NCBI RefSeq assembly: GCF_032118995.1
Contig: NC_092652.1
Coordinates: 27,235,339 to 27,299,338, forward strand
Reading direction: 5' to 3'
Length of the DNA stretch: 64,000 nucleotides
DNA from: Asterias amurensis
Lineage: Eukaryota
Both the position numbers and the translations under genes were made by a program. Below are positions 41,023-53,300 of this stretch, piece by piece (the stretch's first letter is position 1; each line of letters opens with the position of its first letter). The notes beneath the pieces are model-generated. The model was not told where the DNA came from. It saw nothing but the letters and a program-made list of their open reading frames with translations, and ran no database searches.

Positions 41023-41377
41023 TTACCGGGATCAAAGAAATAACCAAGACAGAGGTTACGGTCCTTCAAAGAGGCCACATTACGATCATGGAGGTCAACA
41101 TGGAGGTCATCATGGAGGTCACCATCGTGAGAGGGACAGTGGATGGGGTCAACAGGGTCGTTATCAACAATGGGGTCATTCTTCTCATAATCAAGACTGG
41201 AGACAGCGAGATAGACAAGGTCAAGGGTCACAACCCCAAAGAGGTCAACGAGACAGATACTCTGATGGTCGCCATGATAGATGGTCTAATGAGAGACCGA
41301 ATGAAAGACAGCAAGACACTCAGCATCGGTCACAAGGCCGTAACTCCAGTCACAAAACACATGATGAATGGACTTGA
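41023..41377 (+). CDS. RAMAC: RAMAC exon 2 (Arg/Gly/Gln/His-rich RNA-binding tail), ending in a stop codon
   Basis: Acceptor ttgttgccatag|. Encodes (S)YRDQRNNQDRGYGPSKRPHYDHGGQHGGHHGGHHRERDSGWGQQGRYQQWGHSSHNQDWRQRDRQGQGSQPQRGQRDRYSDGRHDRWSNERPNERQQDTQHRSQGRNSSHKTHDEWT*. Composition matches the RAMAC C-terminal RNA-binding domain. Confidence 0.55.
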
Positions 41378-41639
41378 TTTCAGATTAATAGTCCAGCTGC
41401 TTAAGCACAAAAAGTTACTAAGCATAAAGTAATTATGCTTACTAGGATAAGATTACCAGCCAAAATACCATTTTGCATGTTCCATTTATGACTGGTATAC
41501 TATCATTTCTGCTTAGCAGAACATTGTTAACAATATTTTCTGCTTAAAGACACTGGCCACCTTTGGTTATTGTCAAAGATCAGTCTGCTTAGCAGAACAT
41601 TATAAAGCAATATTTCCTGCTTAAAGACACAGGACACCT

Positions 41640-42020
41640 TTGGTAATTTTCGAAGATCTGTTTTCTCACTTGGTGTATCTCAACATTATATATGCACAAA
41701 CTAACAAACCTGTAAAAATTTGTGAACTCAATTGGTCGTGGGAGTTGTGAGATAACAATGGAAGAATAACACCCTTGTCACACTAAGTTGTGTGCTTTCA
41801 TATGTTCGATTTCGAGACCTCAAATTCTAAACTTGAGGTCTCAAAATCAAGTTCAAATATTCAAGTGGAAAATGACTTCTTACTTGAAAACTACGTTACT
41901 TCAGAGGGAGCCGTTCCTCACAAAGTTGTATACTATCAACAGCTCCCCATTACTTTGTTACCAAGCAAGTGTTTGCGCTAACAATTATTTTGAGTAATTA
42001 CCAATAGTGTCCAGTGCCTT
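41640..42020. mobile_element. copy of the about 380-bp MITE/SINE-like repeat family, opposite orientation
   Basis: ..ctcacttggtgtatctcaacat.. ...ccaatagtgtccagtgcctttaag. Confidence 0.55.
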
Positions 42021-42945
42021 TAAGTAGCTCTATGAAATTGGATCCAGGAATAAACCATTTGGTTTCAGGGGAGGCTGTGTCCAGCTCAATGGCTATGGCT
42101 GTGGCTGTTGCTAAAGCGATGCTGCTGTAGCCACACCCAAAGCTGTTAATTTGGACACGGCCTAAAGTTAGATTTGAATGATGCCTTACTTTGTCTCATG
42201 TGATGCTCAATTTGAATTTCTCAGACTATTGCTATGTCGCATTGTTAGCTGTAAGCTTTCGTAACCTGTGGAACACCCCACAAATTCACACTTAGTAGTT
42301 AATAACTATTTGTATTCAAATATTTTCATTTTTGTATCATCTATTTTAGTATCAGCTCAAACAAACGGGGAAAAAACTTCAGTTGTCTGGCAAATTTCGT
42401 AATGCCTGTTCAGCTGTTTAAATGCTTCACACCCGAGCCCTTGTTTGCAAATCCCTGGGGCCTTTGTTTACAAATCCCCGAAGCATTTTGTCATTGCATT
42501 TGTTTGGGGTGCTTTAAAGTCTAATGATGGATAATGATGTAGCAATGTTTAGTCTGACGAATTCAACTGTAGCATATACCAGTGAACAGACAAGTCATTG
42601 CACCAGGCGTTATTAAAATATAACTTGCAAATGGCTAATAACATGAAGTATTATCACACTGAATCGGTGTCATACAGGTAGTCTGAAAGCAACACAAAGA
42701 ACGTTTTTTTTTTTTTTTCTTTTTTGGAGAGGGTGGGGTTACAAAGGATTTTTTGTTGAATACTGTAGTGAAAGTATACTTTTTCCATGTGAGTGTTCTT
42801 AATTTTAAATACCAAAAAAATCAACCACAAGGGAAACTGATTTGGTAAAATTATTAATTTTTGGGGGTTGAACAAAGAGAAATTTACTAGAGGGAATTGA
42901 ACCGTCGACCTCTGGACAACTGTATTGGTGTGATGGTTTCAGTCT

Positions 42946-43082
42946 TCCGCCGTGTTCAGTTTTTCGGGACTCAATACAGCATAACAATTGACTACTTTCG
43001 CTTGCTGTGTGCAGGCGTCGCATGACGTACTGTTACCGTATTTGGTCATTCCGAAAACTGAACACAACGGAAAGTTGAAACC
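42946..43082. repeat. hairpin-forming inverted repeat (about 35-bp arms, about 65-bp spacer)
   Basis: ggtttcagtcttccgccgtgttcagtttttcggga ... tccgaaaactgaacacaacggaaagttgaaacc. Confidence 0.6.
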
Positions 43083-45459
43083 GCCACACCCGCACACTAT
43101 TGGCTAAGCTATCTAGCCCTTTGTTGGTGACCTCCCTACTTTTGACAATATCTTTGTTCTGGTGTGCCAGTCAGAAGCCATAATGACTGTTAACTGCATT
43201 GTAGCACGGGATCACACCCAAGTGGTAAGGGGATCACCATATAAACTTTAATTGGGAAACTGAACGGGTAAATTGAGAATGATTAAGGGTTGAACTAAGA
43301 CAAGTTTGTGGTCTCCCTAGTTGTTCAATATCTTTATTCTGTTTGTGTTTTATTATTTGCCAGTTTTGGTATAACAAAATAATGAAACGAAATGGATGTG
43401 AAAAGATTTTAAAATTATGTTGATATTGATTTCATGAAACATATTTGGATAATAAAAGTCTGTAAGAAAGCAAAAAATCTTGTTGAGATTTTCATTTTTA
43501 ATAAGTTCAGAAATAACTGTAACTAGTAAACTTTCTGGTACAACCATGTGCAAATCTCCTTTGAGAGGAATAATGGCTTTGAAAAGTGTAGTGCTGTTTC
43601 AACATTTCCAAACAGTATATTCTGCTCATTGATTGACTCATGGTTGTCTCTGCAAGTTAGCTAGTTATAGGTTCTTCTTATTTTCTACAACATGCAACGC
43701 TTCAAACACAACTTAGTTGATTGTTATTAGAAATAGTATAATAAACTGCCATTTTATAAATTTGCAGTTTGGCCATACAAAGTATAAGAAAAATAGCCAT
43801 TTATTTGCATATATTTATAACAAAAAATATCAACCTAGTTGTGACGATTGTAACCATTACACCTATAGACAACCCATATAAGTGCTGACCAATTCACGGT
43901 AATAATTTACGGTAAAAGTTATTCTCAACAAAAAATAAAAATAAGTGGAGGAGTGTTTCATGAAAACTGGCAGCAAGTCAGATAGAGAAAAAAAACATTG
44001 GGTGTTTTTCTGAGATACTTTGTAAACACTCCAAAAAAGGAACCAAAAAGAATTTTTCTTTTTTTTCAACATAGAGCAAGGAAGTTGCTCTATGGTTTCA
44101 ACTAACTGTTTTTTATAATTTATTTTTTTATATTTTTTATTATTGAATATTAATATTAGCATTTAGCAATATATTGATTGTTAGTGTGGTGCTGACTAAC
44201 TTGATACTGCTAATTTTGCTACTGCGCCCTCTCTTGACGTTTTTTTCAGACCTGGTGTGGCAGGAGATGCATGCCGGAGATTCTCAGTGTACCCCAATTT
44301 GTATACAAATTCTAGCCCTCATCCAAAAGAGAAGCATCAAATTCCGTCTTTTTTTAGACATTGGTCACTGTTTCTCCTCCAATGAGCAGGGTGACGGGGT
44401 GGGACAGTGGTTGTGTTTTGCTTATTAAGGAATATAGGGGGAGGGGCGGGGGTGCTTTTACGAGTCTTTGGAAATCTTCTTTCCCCTGGCGCATTCATTC
44501 ATTAATTTATCAATTTATATTTAAAATCCAATGCAAAGCGCGTAATTACGGGGCCCGGGGAAATTTGATATTACAGAAATGTTTTAAAGCAGTCGAAAAA
44601 GGTAATCTACATAATTATTATGTTTTCTTCCAAAAAGTGGAACACGAGACCGATCCGCTATTTTGCAGCGTTCAAAGAATACATATTAAAAAACAACAAA
44701 ATGTTTCATATGAAGAGTTTGTTGAAAAAAACTATCATTGAAGACTTGAAAAAAAAATGTTTTCTCTTTTTTTTACGTGGAAAGGGCCGTTTTGTTTTAT
44801 ATTTTAAAATGTTTAAATAGTTGTAATGTAAATGCACAACCGTTATTCACGCAACCGGCCAAAAATAATATTGATCTGTTGTGCTTGTCCGCTAATTGTA
44901 TAGTTTTAAAATTGTGACAAATTATAAATATAATTGTGCCGTTTAGGCCTACAACACAATTTGTTTTGTAAAGGTATAAGTTTTTTTTTATCGATTAAGA
45001 TTGTTAATTACACCTTAGTATGGAATTTTCATTTTCATATTCCTATAATGTAGGTGTATAAACTCACTGGATATCGTGTAGCTTCACTAAACCCTTTACT
45101 AATAATACAGTTGCATTCATCGGCGGCTTGCGAACAAAGCCGATTGCAAATTGGAGCATGAACGCAAAAATAACCGAGCTCTTTTTATATTATAACTTGT
45201 TAGGGATTAAAATACTTGACAAGTTATGTAGAACTCGTTTTTACAAAAAAAAATCAAGAAAACCCCATTTTTTCAAAGTTTTTCACGACCGAACTGTGAT
45301 GGATAAATCACGCTTGAATAAACAGAAGATAGATGATCACATAAGCCCCACGAAATCCTCAGCTATTATTGTTTACACCATCCAGCACAGTAACTTGGTA
45401 ACAACTAACCACGGCCGCAAAACCAATGACGTCATTAATTGATTGACAGATTTATCTAG

Positions 45460-45918
45460 TCAGGCTCCGTGTTCATCCCAGGCGCGAGTAATAGCATATT
45501 TAGTGGATACCAGACTGCTTGTAATCGCGACGGAAATTTTCATGGCTACACAATTTAGTGCTGAGCCTTTCCTTGCGCGAAGTGTTCTTAAATTATTAAT
45601 GACAGTCAAATTTAGAAATAATGTGACGAGAAGTTCGATAAAAATGTGACATTTGCCGCAATAAAACATTGAGGTATGTATGATTTTATTTGTAGAATTG
45701 TAAGTGATTATAAATGGGAGGAGTGTTGATGAAAAGAGTCCGAGCATGGAGGTATTTCTACCTCCGACATGTCCGAGGTCCGAACGAACAAGCCAACCCG
45801 TGGACGTTGTTCTTTCGCCGTCTCCACGGGCCAACAATGCCCACGAACTGGCATCAACTTCAAGTTGCTTGCTCACTTTCTGCTGACAAAGGCTGTAGTT
45901 CATAAGTTCGTTTTCCAT
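45460..45918 (-). CDS. hypothetical 152-aa ORF with no recognisable homology; probably non-coding (lies in a GC-rich island upstream of DCLK)
   Basis: ORF-track entry with an ATG in good Kozak context (tccATGG). No family resemblance. In the same GC-rich segment 45700..45900 all three reading frames are open. Confidence 0.15.
   Translation of the reverse strand: MENELMNYSLCQQKVSKQLEVDASSWALLARGDGERTTSTGWLVRSDLGHVGGRNTSMLGLFSSTLLPFIITYNSTNKIIHTSMFYCGKCHIFIELLVTLFLNLTVINNLRTLRARKGSALNCVAMKISVAITSSLVSTKYAITRAWDEHGA
45690..45910. promoter_or_regulatory. GC-rich island about 0.9 kb upstream of the DCLK start codon; candidate TSS or 5'-UTR exon
   Basis: Local GC content is well above the AT-rich flanks. 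There are overlapping ORFs in several frames. The position is consistent with a DCLK promoter. Confidence 0.25.
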
Positions 45919-46149
45919 GGAGATTACTTCCTGTGGCCATAACTTAACAATATCAAATTTCTGTATTTAGTTTATAATAAATACTTTTACGATGAAATTT
46001 CAACGCTGAAAATAAAATATGTATAAAATAAATTGGGCTATATAATAGGCCTACATACAATACAAACAATAATAAATAAATAAAATAATACATTTTTTTT
46101 TAACTTACTTTTTAAATTGCTATTTTTTAAAAATCAGTAATTACTTTAA

Positions 46150-46520
46150 AAAAGAAAGATTTAAAGCCATTGGACACTTTCTGAACAGAACAAAAATTAA
46201 AAGTTCACAGATTTACAAATAACTTTAAAGGGTTTACGGAAGTTATGGTGACAGACTTCCCTTGAAATATTATTCCATGAATTAGAACAATTGTAAATTC
46301 TCGATATCGAGAATACCAGATTTATTTTAAACACATGTCATGACATGGCGAAATGTGCAGAAACAAGGGTTTTCCTGTTATTTTCTCCCGACTCCGATGA
46401 ACGATTGCGATTGAACCTAAACTTTCTCTGGTTTGTTTATTTATATATAAGTTTTGACAAACAAAGTGTGGGCCTTTGGACAATACTGTTTACCAATGTT
46501 GCTTGTTTGTGCGATTGCTT
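46150..46520 (+). repeat. copy of the 380-bp repeat at 36050..36430, about 250 bp upstream of the DCLK start codon
   Basis: Palindrome variant ctcgatatcgagaat. Otherwise collinear. Confidence 0.65.
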
Positions 46521-46772
46521 TAAATTGTTTGATCTTCGTTTATTAAAACAAAATCTAATTGATGTGATTTTTTTTTTAATGGAAGTAATTATTAAGAGTA
46601 GTGGATAAGTGTTAGCGTGTTAGTGGAGTGTCTTCACATCAACAATGGCAACTTTTAAACTTTTGTTTGAAAAAATGTTTTTAAAATGAATTTTAATTTT
46701 TTTTTAAGTGTAGATAACACCGAATTGCAACCAAAATGACACCCCAACACTGGGAGAGGATGTTATTAAATT

Positions 46773-47301
46773 ATGGGACGCGTTCGTAAGAACTCAGCAA
46801 GACGTATGAACACCAACGCCAACGACACCCTTCTTGCCTACCCCTTCAACAACTCAGATGTCCCCCCAGCCCCAGCAGCAAGAGCTCGCAAGAAACTTGT
46901 TCAAGCTCAAGAGGACAACACCATGCTGGTGGCTAGTCGCAATTCGGATGTCAGTGTCTCGCAACAGCATAAAGACATCACAGAGGAACAATATCAAGAC
47001 TTGCGCAGACCGAGGCAGCTTCTCTTCTACAGGAATGGCGACCGTTACTTCCGGGGGAAACGGTTACGGATAACTCCAAATCGATTCCAGACGTTTGAAA
47101 CCCTCTTGAGTGAGTTAACGAAACACATGTCCCTCCCTTATGGAGTGAGAAAGATTTATCAACCAGACACTGGTGTATCAATCACGGATATCGAGAACTT
47201 GAAAGACGGAGAATCGTACGTTTGTGCATCCTTTGAGAAATTTAAGAAGATGAACTACGGTGCTAATAAGTCAACTCCTGGTTGGGCAACTGGTCATGCA
47301 A
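46773..47301 (+). CDS. DCLK: doublecortin-like kinase (DCLK) coding exon 1: start codon plus first doublecortin (DCX) domain
   Basis: [89 protein letters not shown] vs human DCLK1 [92 protein letters not shown]. Kozak aattATGG. Donor A|GTAAGT. Confidence 0.8.
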
Positions 47302-50300
47302 GTAAGTATTTTGTGATAATAAAGTAGATTTGAAGCTTTGGTTCATGGAACCGTATGAAGTGAGAAAAAATAGGAGATAATAAAATAGTTTCTTCTTGAA
47401 AGGAGTGGCAATTTTGGGAAAGGTGAGATAAGTATGCCATTTTAGCAGTTTTTGTTGAAAAAAATTGCAAAACTTGGTTTATGATTAACGCTTTGTTTAT
47501 CTTTGAAAGGAGAATGTGGGATTTTTTATTTATTTTATTTAGTAGGGTTGAAATCTTTTTTAGTGATAGATTGTCCAAGAGATGATTGTTTATAGGGCAA
47601 GTAAAAAAAAAATATTGACAAGATATTTGGTTAAAAAAATCAAGCCAACAACTTGAGCCTGGGCAAGCAGTTCCAAATATCAAATTTTGAGAAACTTTGT
47701 AGAAAACAGACTCACTGGTCACTTTGATTGTGGACTAAAAAAAATGAACACTTTTATGATGCAGTTATCAGCAACTATCCTGTTTACAATTAGGCACTAC
47801 GCATTGTGAGATCGACAGTCTTTTTCTTGCTACTCAATAATTCCCATGTTAAATTGATAATTTTACACCTAGTTATTGCTTTATTATGGCTTTTAAGTAA
47901 ATATAAAGAAAAAGTTTACAAAAGAAAAATGTATCACTGCTATTTACATGCCTAAATAATAGCCAAAGAAACTAACAGATTAACTGACCTTATTTTTCAA
48001 TTGGTCAGCTAAATAGAAAAAAAAATTGTGTCATTTAGTACACACCTTAGTCCTCCATAATCCCACATAATGAAGATGTCAACAAAACAAAAACAATTTG
48101 CTTATATCTTGGCCTATTCATTATGTTTTAAAAAGTGTTAATTATTAATTTGTTACAAGAAAAAAAGGCTGAGCTGTTAAAATGAATTCAGATACATACG
48201 AAACACTTGCTACAGACTGTTGTATATAAATGTGGACAATACCACATTCATAAAAAATGTTGCAAATGTTTACTTAAACATTTCTGAATGTAAACATTCT
48301 GGTGAGCAGTATGCTTCACATACAGATATTTTTTCATTGAGCTTCCCTCTCAAAACTGTCCTCAATGCCAGCAGATCTATTTTGATACCCTAGTGTCCAG
48401 AAACATATCAACCATGTTTGTTTTAGCTAATCCTGTTACTTATTGATTTTATCAACTTCTCCTGTTGCATGTCCTATCTAAGAACTGTTATCATAGGGAC
48501 AAATGAAAGATAAATTTGTTCATACTACATGCATTTCAAGGTGATCCCTCTGCTGCCGTTTCGCAGGTTGTATCGTAAACTTGGGTGGGATTCCTGGCTA
48601 TTTGCAGTACAGGTTGAACGGATTCTGATCGACTACATGTAGCTCCCCCAAACAAGGATATCGACAAATTAAGGAAACCGCCCCAACTAGAACAATTTGT
48701 AGAGTGCTAGCATGTTGACCTGGAGGTTGCAGGTTCAAGTTCTGCTCTAGTCCTTTTTCTTTGTTCAACCAACAAATTACCCAGTCCATTCCCCTTGTGG
48801 CTTTTACCTGATACATTTTAAACAATACTCCATGGGTAAATGCCTTGTATAATTGAAATAAATCACCTTGCTTGAGAACATCAACTGAAGCATTTGGACA
48901 CACTGGGTGCCATGTATGATTGAGTAAGTTGCTTTACAGATTGTATATTTAGGGAGTTTGTGTTGGCAACACCAAGCTGATTATGCCAAAGGTTAGCACC
49001 CATTCTTATTGAACTTTTGCTTACTTAAGGGCAACAGTTCAAACAAAACAACCCTCAGTATCTACACAAATGCTCCATACAGCAGTAGCTAGGCATTGGG
49101 TTATTTGTCAACCTTTTATTCTTTCACTGCAATACTATTTTACGGACTACCGCTAAAAGGGCTGTGATTTATTATCCAACAATCCTGGTTATTGATCAGA
49201 TTAATGAGATCTTCTTACTACATTCCTCATGTCTGGATGATTTATAAAGACCTGTGTGATTTTTGCACCTTACTTAGTATGGGTGGTTAAGTTTTGGGTT
49301 CAGGTTAGTTGTGTCATGGAGGTAGAAATAGAAATCTATTTCTACCTCCTTGGTTGTTTCAATGGTTTATTGTCCATGATGCACTAGGCAGTATGACTTT
49401 AATTTCTATGTACACAGTTGACAATTTAAACCTGTCAACACACCTTTTTTTCTGGAGAGCATAATTTTCCTGTGCTTACTGCGCAGCAAAGTTGCAACAG
49501 TTACACATCAATTAAATGTATTTTATTGATGTGAACTGATTGGAATAGACTTAAAGTTGGGTCATTGTTGTTTTTGTTAACATAATGGTTACATTTATCG
49601 GCAAAATTGTACAGAAAGTCACCTGTGAAAGTTCCAGATGAATACAGTGTTTTGGGGTTGAACCATGGAGGACCTCCATGGTTGAACAAAGAATACAGTC
49701 TATCTTGCTAAGAAAACAGTAAAAATCTTGCATGGTATTTTCACACAAACATTGAGTCTATCCACGTTTGGGCACATTACAGCGAGTACAATCTGCATCT
49801 CTGGTGGCGAATGCGAATGAACATCAAACCTCAGAAATTTGAGAAATGATTCAGGCATAACTAAGTAATTTATAAAATTTAAAGTTTTGGGTGACAAATT
49901 ATCCAAACCCTATAATACTTCCACAGGAATCCTTTATCAAGTAGTTTTTAAAAACTATCAACAGAGGCAGTACCTCTCACCATGATTTTAATAATCTTTG
50001 GACCAATCTATTGCCTTACTTTTAATTTTACATTTTAACTCTCTTCTACATGTAGGCCTATCTGGGCATGCTTTCCTAAAGTTGTTTGAAAGGAAAACAC
50101 TGCTTCCAAAATTTCTGCTCAGCCAAAAATTAGTACGAAACCATACACATTAAATGTATTTGGGCTGTTAACCTTATTCTGGTAAGCGTAAGGTTTTGTT
50201 CTTATTTGTTTGGGGTGCTTTTTCTGTCCCGTGAAAACATGCCACCAAAGACTCCTAGATCTCACCTGCTCCGTCCACCTGTCAGTAGTTCAGAATGACA

Positions 50301-53300
50301 CAAAGGAAACTATATACATACTTTTCAATTCAATATCTCTGCTGCAAAGAAATGTTGGTTTATGAATTTAAGCGGCACAAGGTTAAGAGGTTCTCAATCA
50401 AGTTACCTTGACAACAGAAACTAACGCTGAAAGAATGTTTGATGTATTCAGAGAATGAAGCAAATTAGGTCAACTTGCTAAACTTGGTCATTCTTCACAC
50501 AAAAAATCAAGCTAGCTACAAATATTGAGGCTTAGCGTTGTAATCACAAAGGCCCGTCATGCCCCTCTGCTTTGAATTTCAAGAGCCCCCATGGTTATTG
50601 CATTGTACTCCATGTTGCACTAGGATTCTTGTAACGCTTCCATGATATCTTTGCTGTTCTCAAACCAGTCAGGTTGGTTAGGTTTAGTCACATGTTCATA
50701 CAGCGGGATTTGATTGGATATTGCTGAGAGTATTTGTTAACCCTCGATGCTACTATGAAGAACCCCTCGGTGGCAATTAATTTATGTAATTAGTTCTTGA
50801 AAGTGGCGTGTGTTGCTAAGTATCCGATGATCATTGGGGCGCTGACTTGTCATTGTCTAACAGTTTCCCCCTCGTTGACTCTTTGTCTGTGAGATATCGA
50901 TTAAAAGCACTGCTGTGTCTTTTTTGAGACAAGTCATTCTCTCTTCTGTTGATTACGAGAGTTGACTCTCTTCATTATGCCTGGAGAGTTTGGTTGCCAT
51001 GGTGATTCAGATGAAGGGCCGTTATATTTCAAGAAATATATCTGGGGTAGGACCCAGAAGTGTTGTTGTCGTTGTACAGGTAAGGTTTGGGATGAGATGG
51101 AGACTAAACCAAGTCTTAAGACATTCGGAATGATCTGAGTTTATGTTAGAAGACATTGCCATTTTCTTGTTGTAGTCTTGTTTGGATACCTGGTTTTATA
51201 TGGACTAGCAGGATAATGTGCTTTGCACAGCATCCCGCTAGTCATAGATTGACTTAGATTTGAATCATCACCCCATTCTTTGAGTTTAGTTCAAAGACAA
51301 AATCCTTTCTTAAGATAATCCAATTGGGGATTGGCATTAGAAGACCCAACCATTTTTTTGTGAATTAGTCTTCTACTACAAGCATAGTATTAACCAGAGC
51401 GATGTCTGGGTGTCTTTTTGACACCCTGTTTTACTTGGATGCCCTGTTTATCATCTCTTTCCATGTTGTGTATTGTAAGTCAATAGTTTGGACAGTTTGT
51501 AAATTTCCATCAAATTTTGACACCTTTTTACCAAATCCTGGCTGAAACTTCTTCTACATGTATGAGGATACTTTCTGGTTTTGGAATTGATTTAGGCTTC
51601 AGGCTCTAATACATTGAATCTTCAAAGCATTTTTGAGTTAAGTAATTAGACACTTAAAACAAAATGTGTCAAATTTATCTCTTAAGTTGAAGATTATGAA
51701 TGATGAAATTTAATTCATGCCCTTTTCCTGCTGTCAGACTTTTCACTTTTTGTGAATATTCTTAGAGTCTAAAGATAACAGGAGGCATGATTGTTCACAG
51801 TAAGCAATGGAGGCACTTGACACCATATTGCCTTGGTGCCCCTTGTCAAAATGTACCAGCAGAGTTTTAGGTTGCCAATCGAGGTGCCCTTTGAAAACTG
51901 CCTTGGTACAAGAATCAAGTGTCCTGCTCGAAACAAATGACACGTAATATAAATTATATAAATCTGTTTCTCTTATTAGGCTTTGATTTAGAAAATCTTT
52001 ACAAACCAACAATCCTGCTCTTACGTGATTGATAGAATCTACTCATCAAAATTAATTGGAAAAATTGATGCAATGTCGGAGCTTCATGTCATTGAGTGAC
52101 TCAGCCAAAATTAAAAAAAGCTAAATTCATCACAAAAGACTATTCTTTGAGAAAGGATGCCCAAATTGTTACTTACAAACGTCATCATTAGTAACCATGG
52201 CAACCAGTCCACTGGCTAAACCATCTTGTTGATTTAATCAATGATTGCCATATAAACTTGATTGTGACATAAATGTAAATGCTGCTGCTGGAGTTTTCTA
52301 TTTGAAGTTATTATAGAAGCACAGATGCATTTTAGAATGTTATCTCTTTTTTTCTTATCATGTTAAGCCATCATACTCTCTGTGAAATTTAAACAGGACC
52401 CGAGGCCTGAGGCTTTTTAATATCAGGGCCTAATTTCATAGCACTGCTAAGCGGCCGATTTTGTGCTTACTATACGATTTCCATTTCATAGGGCTGCTAA
52501 CGGTAGGCACTGCTAACCTTCCCGGCATACTGCACAAAAATGAATGATGTAACAATGCAAATCCATGGTGAATGTGCTAGGGGATGGCTGCTTAATTTTC
52601 TTGCTAACTTGTGAAATATGCTTACACTGTTCAAGAAATGGTAACTGTTAAGAAGCGCGATGACATTGGGCCTAGGCCAGTGAACTTAAGACTGGCAAGG
52701 TTTGGTGGTCTTGTGGTTTTAAATTTAATTATACTACCCTACTGTTATGTGTAAATGTAGTAGCTTCCAACAACAAAATAATATATTTCTTATAGTCTGA
52801 CAAGTATCTTTCAATTCTGATGATAATCAAAATTTTACTTCTTGCCCATAGACAAATAAGATCAATCTTCCCTCAAAACAATTTATATATTAAACTGTCT
52901 GGAGTTTGGTTACATTTTGATTCTGGTCTGATTAAAAAAATCTGGTTCTGTAAATATTTGGAGCTACAAGCCCTGTGGTCTCAAGCCCTGATTCGTTGAT
53001 AAACTGAAGATAACCATTAAAAAGAAAATCACCACTTTTATTGCTATTTGAGCCCTTTTATGGCCATGGTTATGACAACATCTACAAAATTAATGTTCTG
53101 GATCGAATTAACGTCAGTGGAGCCCGAAAGACCATTAATGTCACTCAGTGCTTTTATCACTTGCAGTATTTACAGATGAATTCTTAACTTGCCACGTAGA
53201 CAAATACAAATCTGTAAGCACTTAAATGCAAACATATGGCACTTAATTAAATATGCAGCCTTTTTGTTCCGGAACAAAAGAGTTAGTTTTAATCTATTGT

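Noticed and set aside
42880-42960. tRNA-like 3' end (..gtcgacggttcaattccc) on the minus strand
   Set aside because: No canonical D-arm or anticodon arm, and no acceptor-stem pairing could be drawn. More likely part of the adjacent inverted-repeat element or a SINE fragment.
46834-47181. alternative-frame or antisense ORFs overlapping DCLK exon 1
   Set aside because: Out-of-frame relative to the doublecortin-domain match; no homology.
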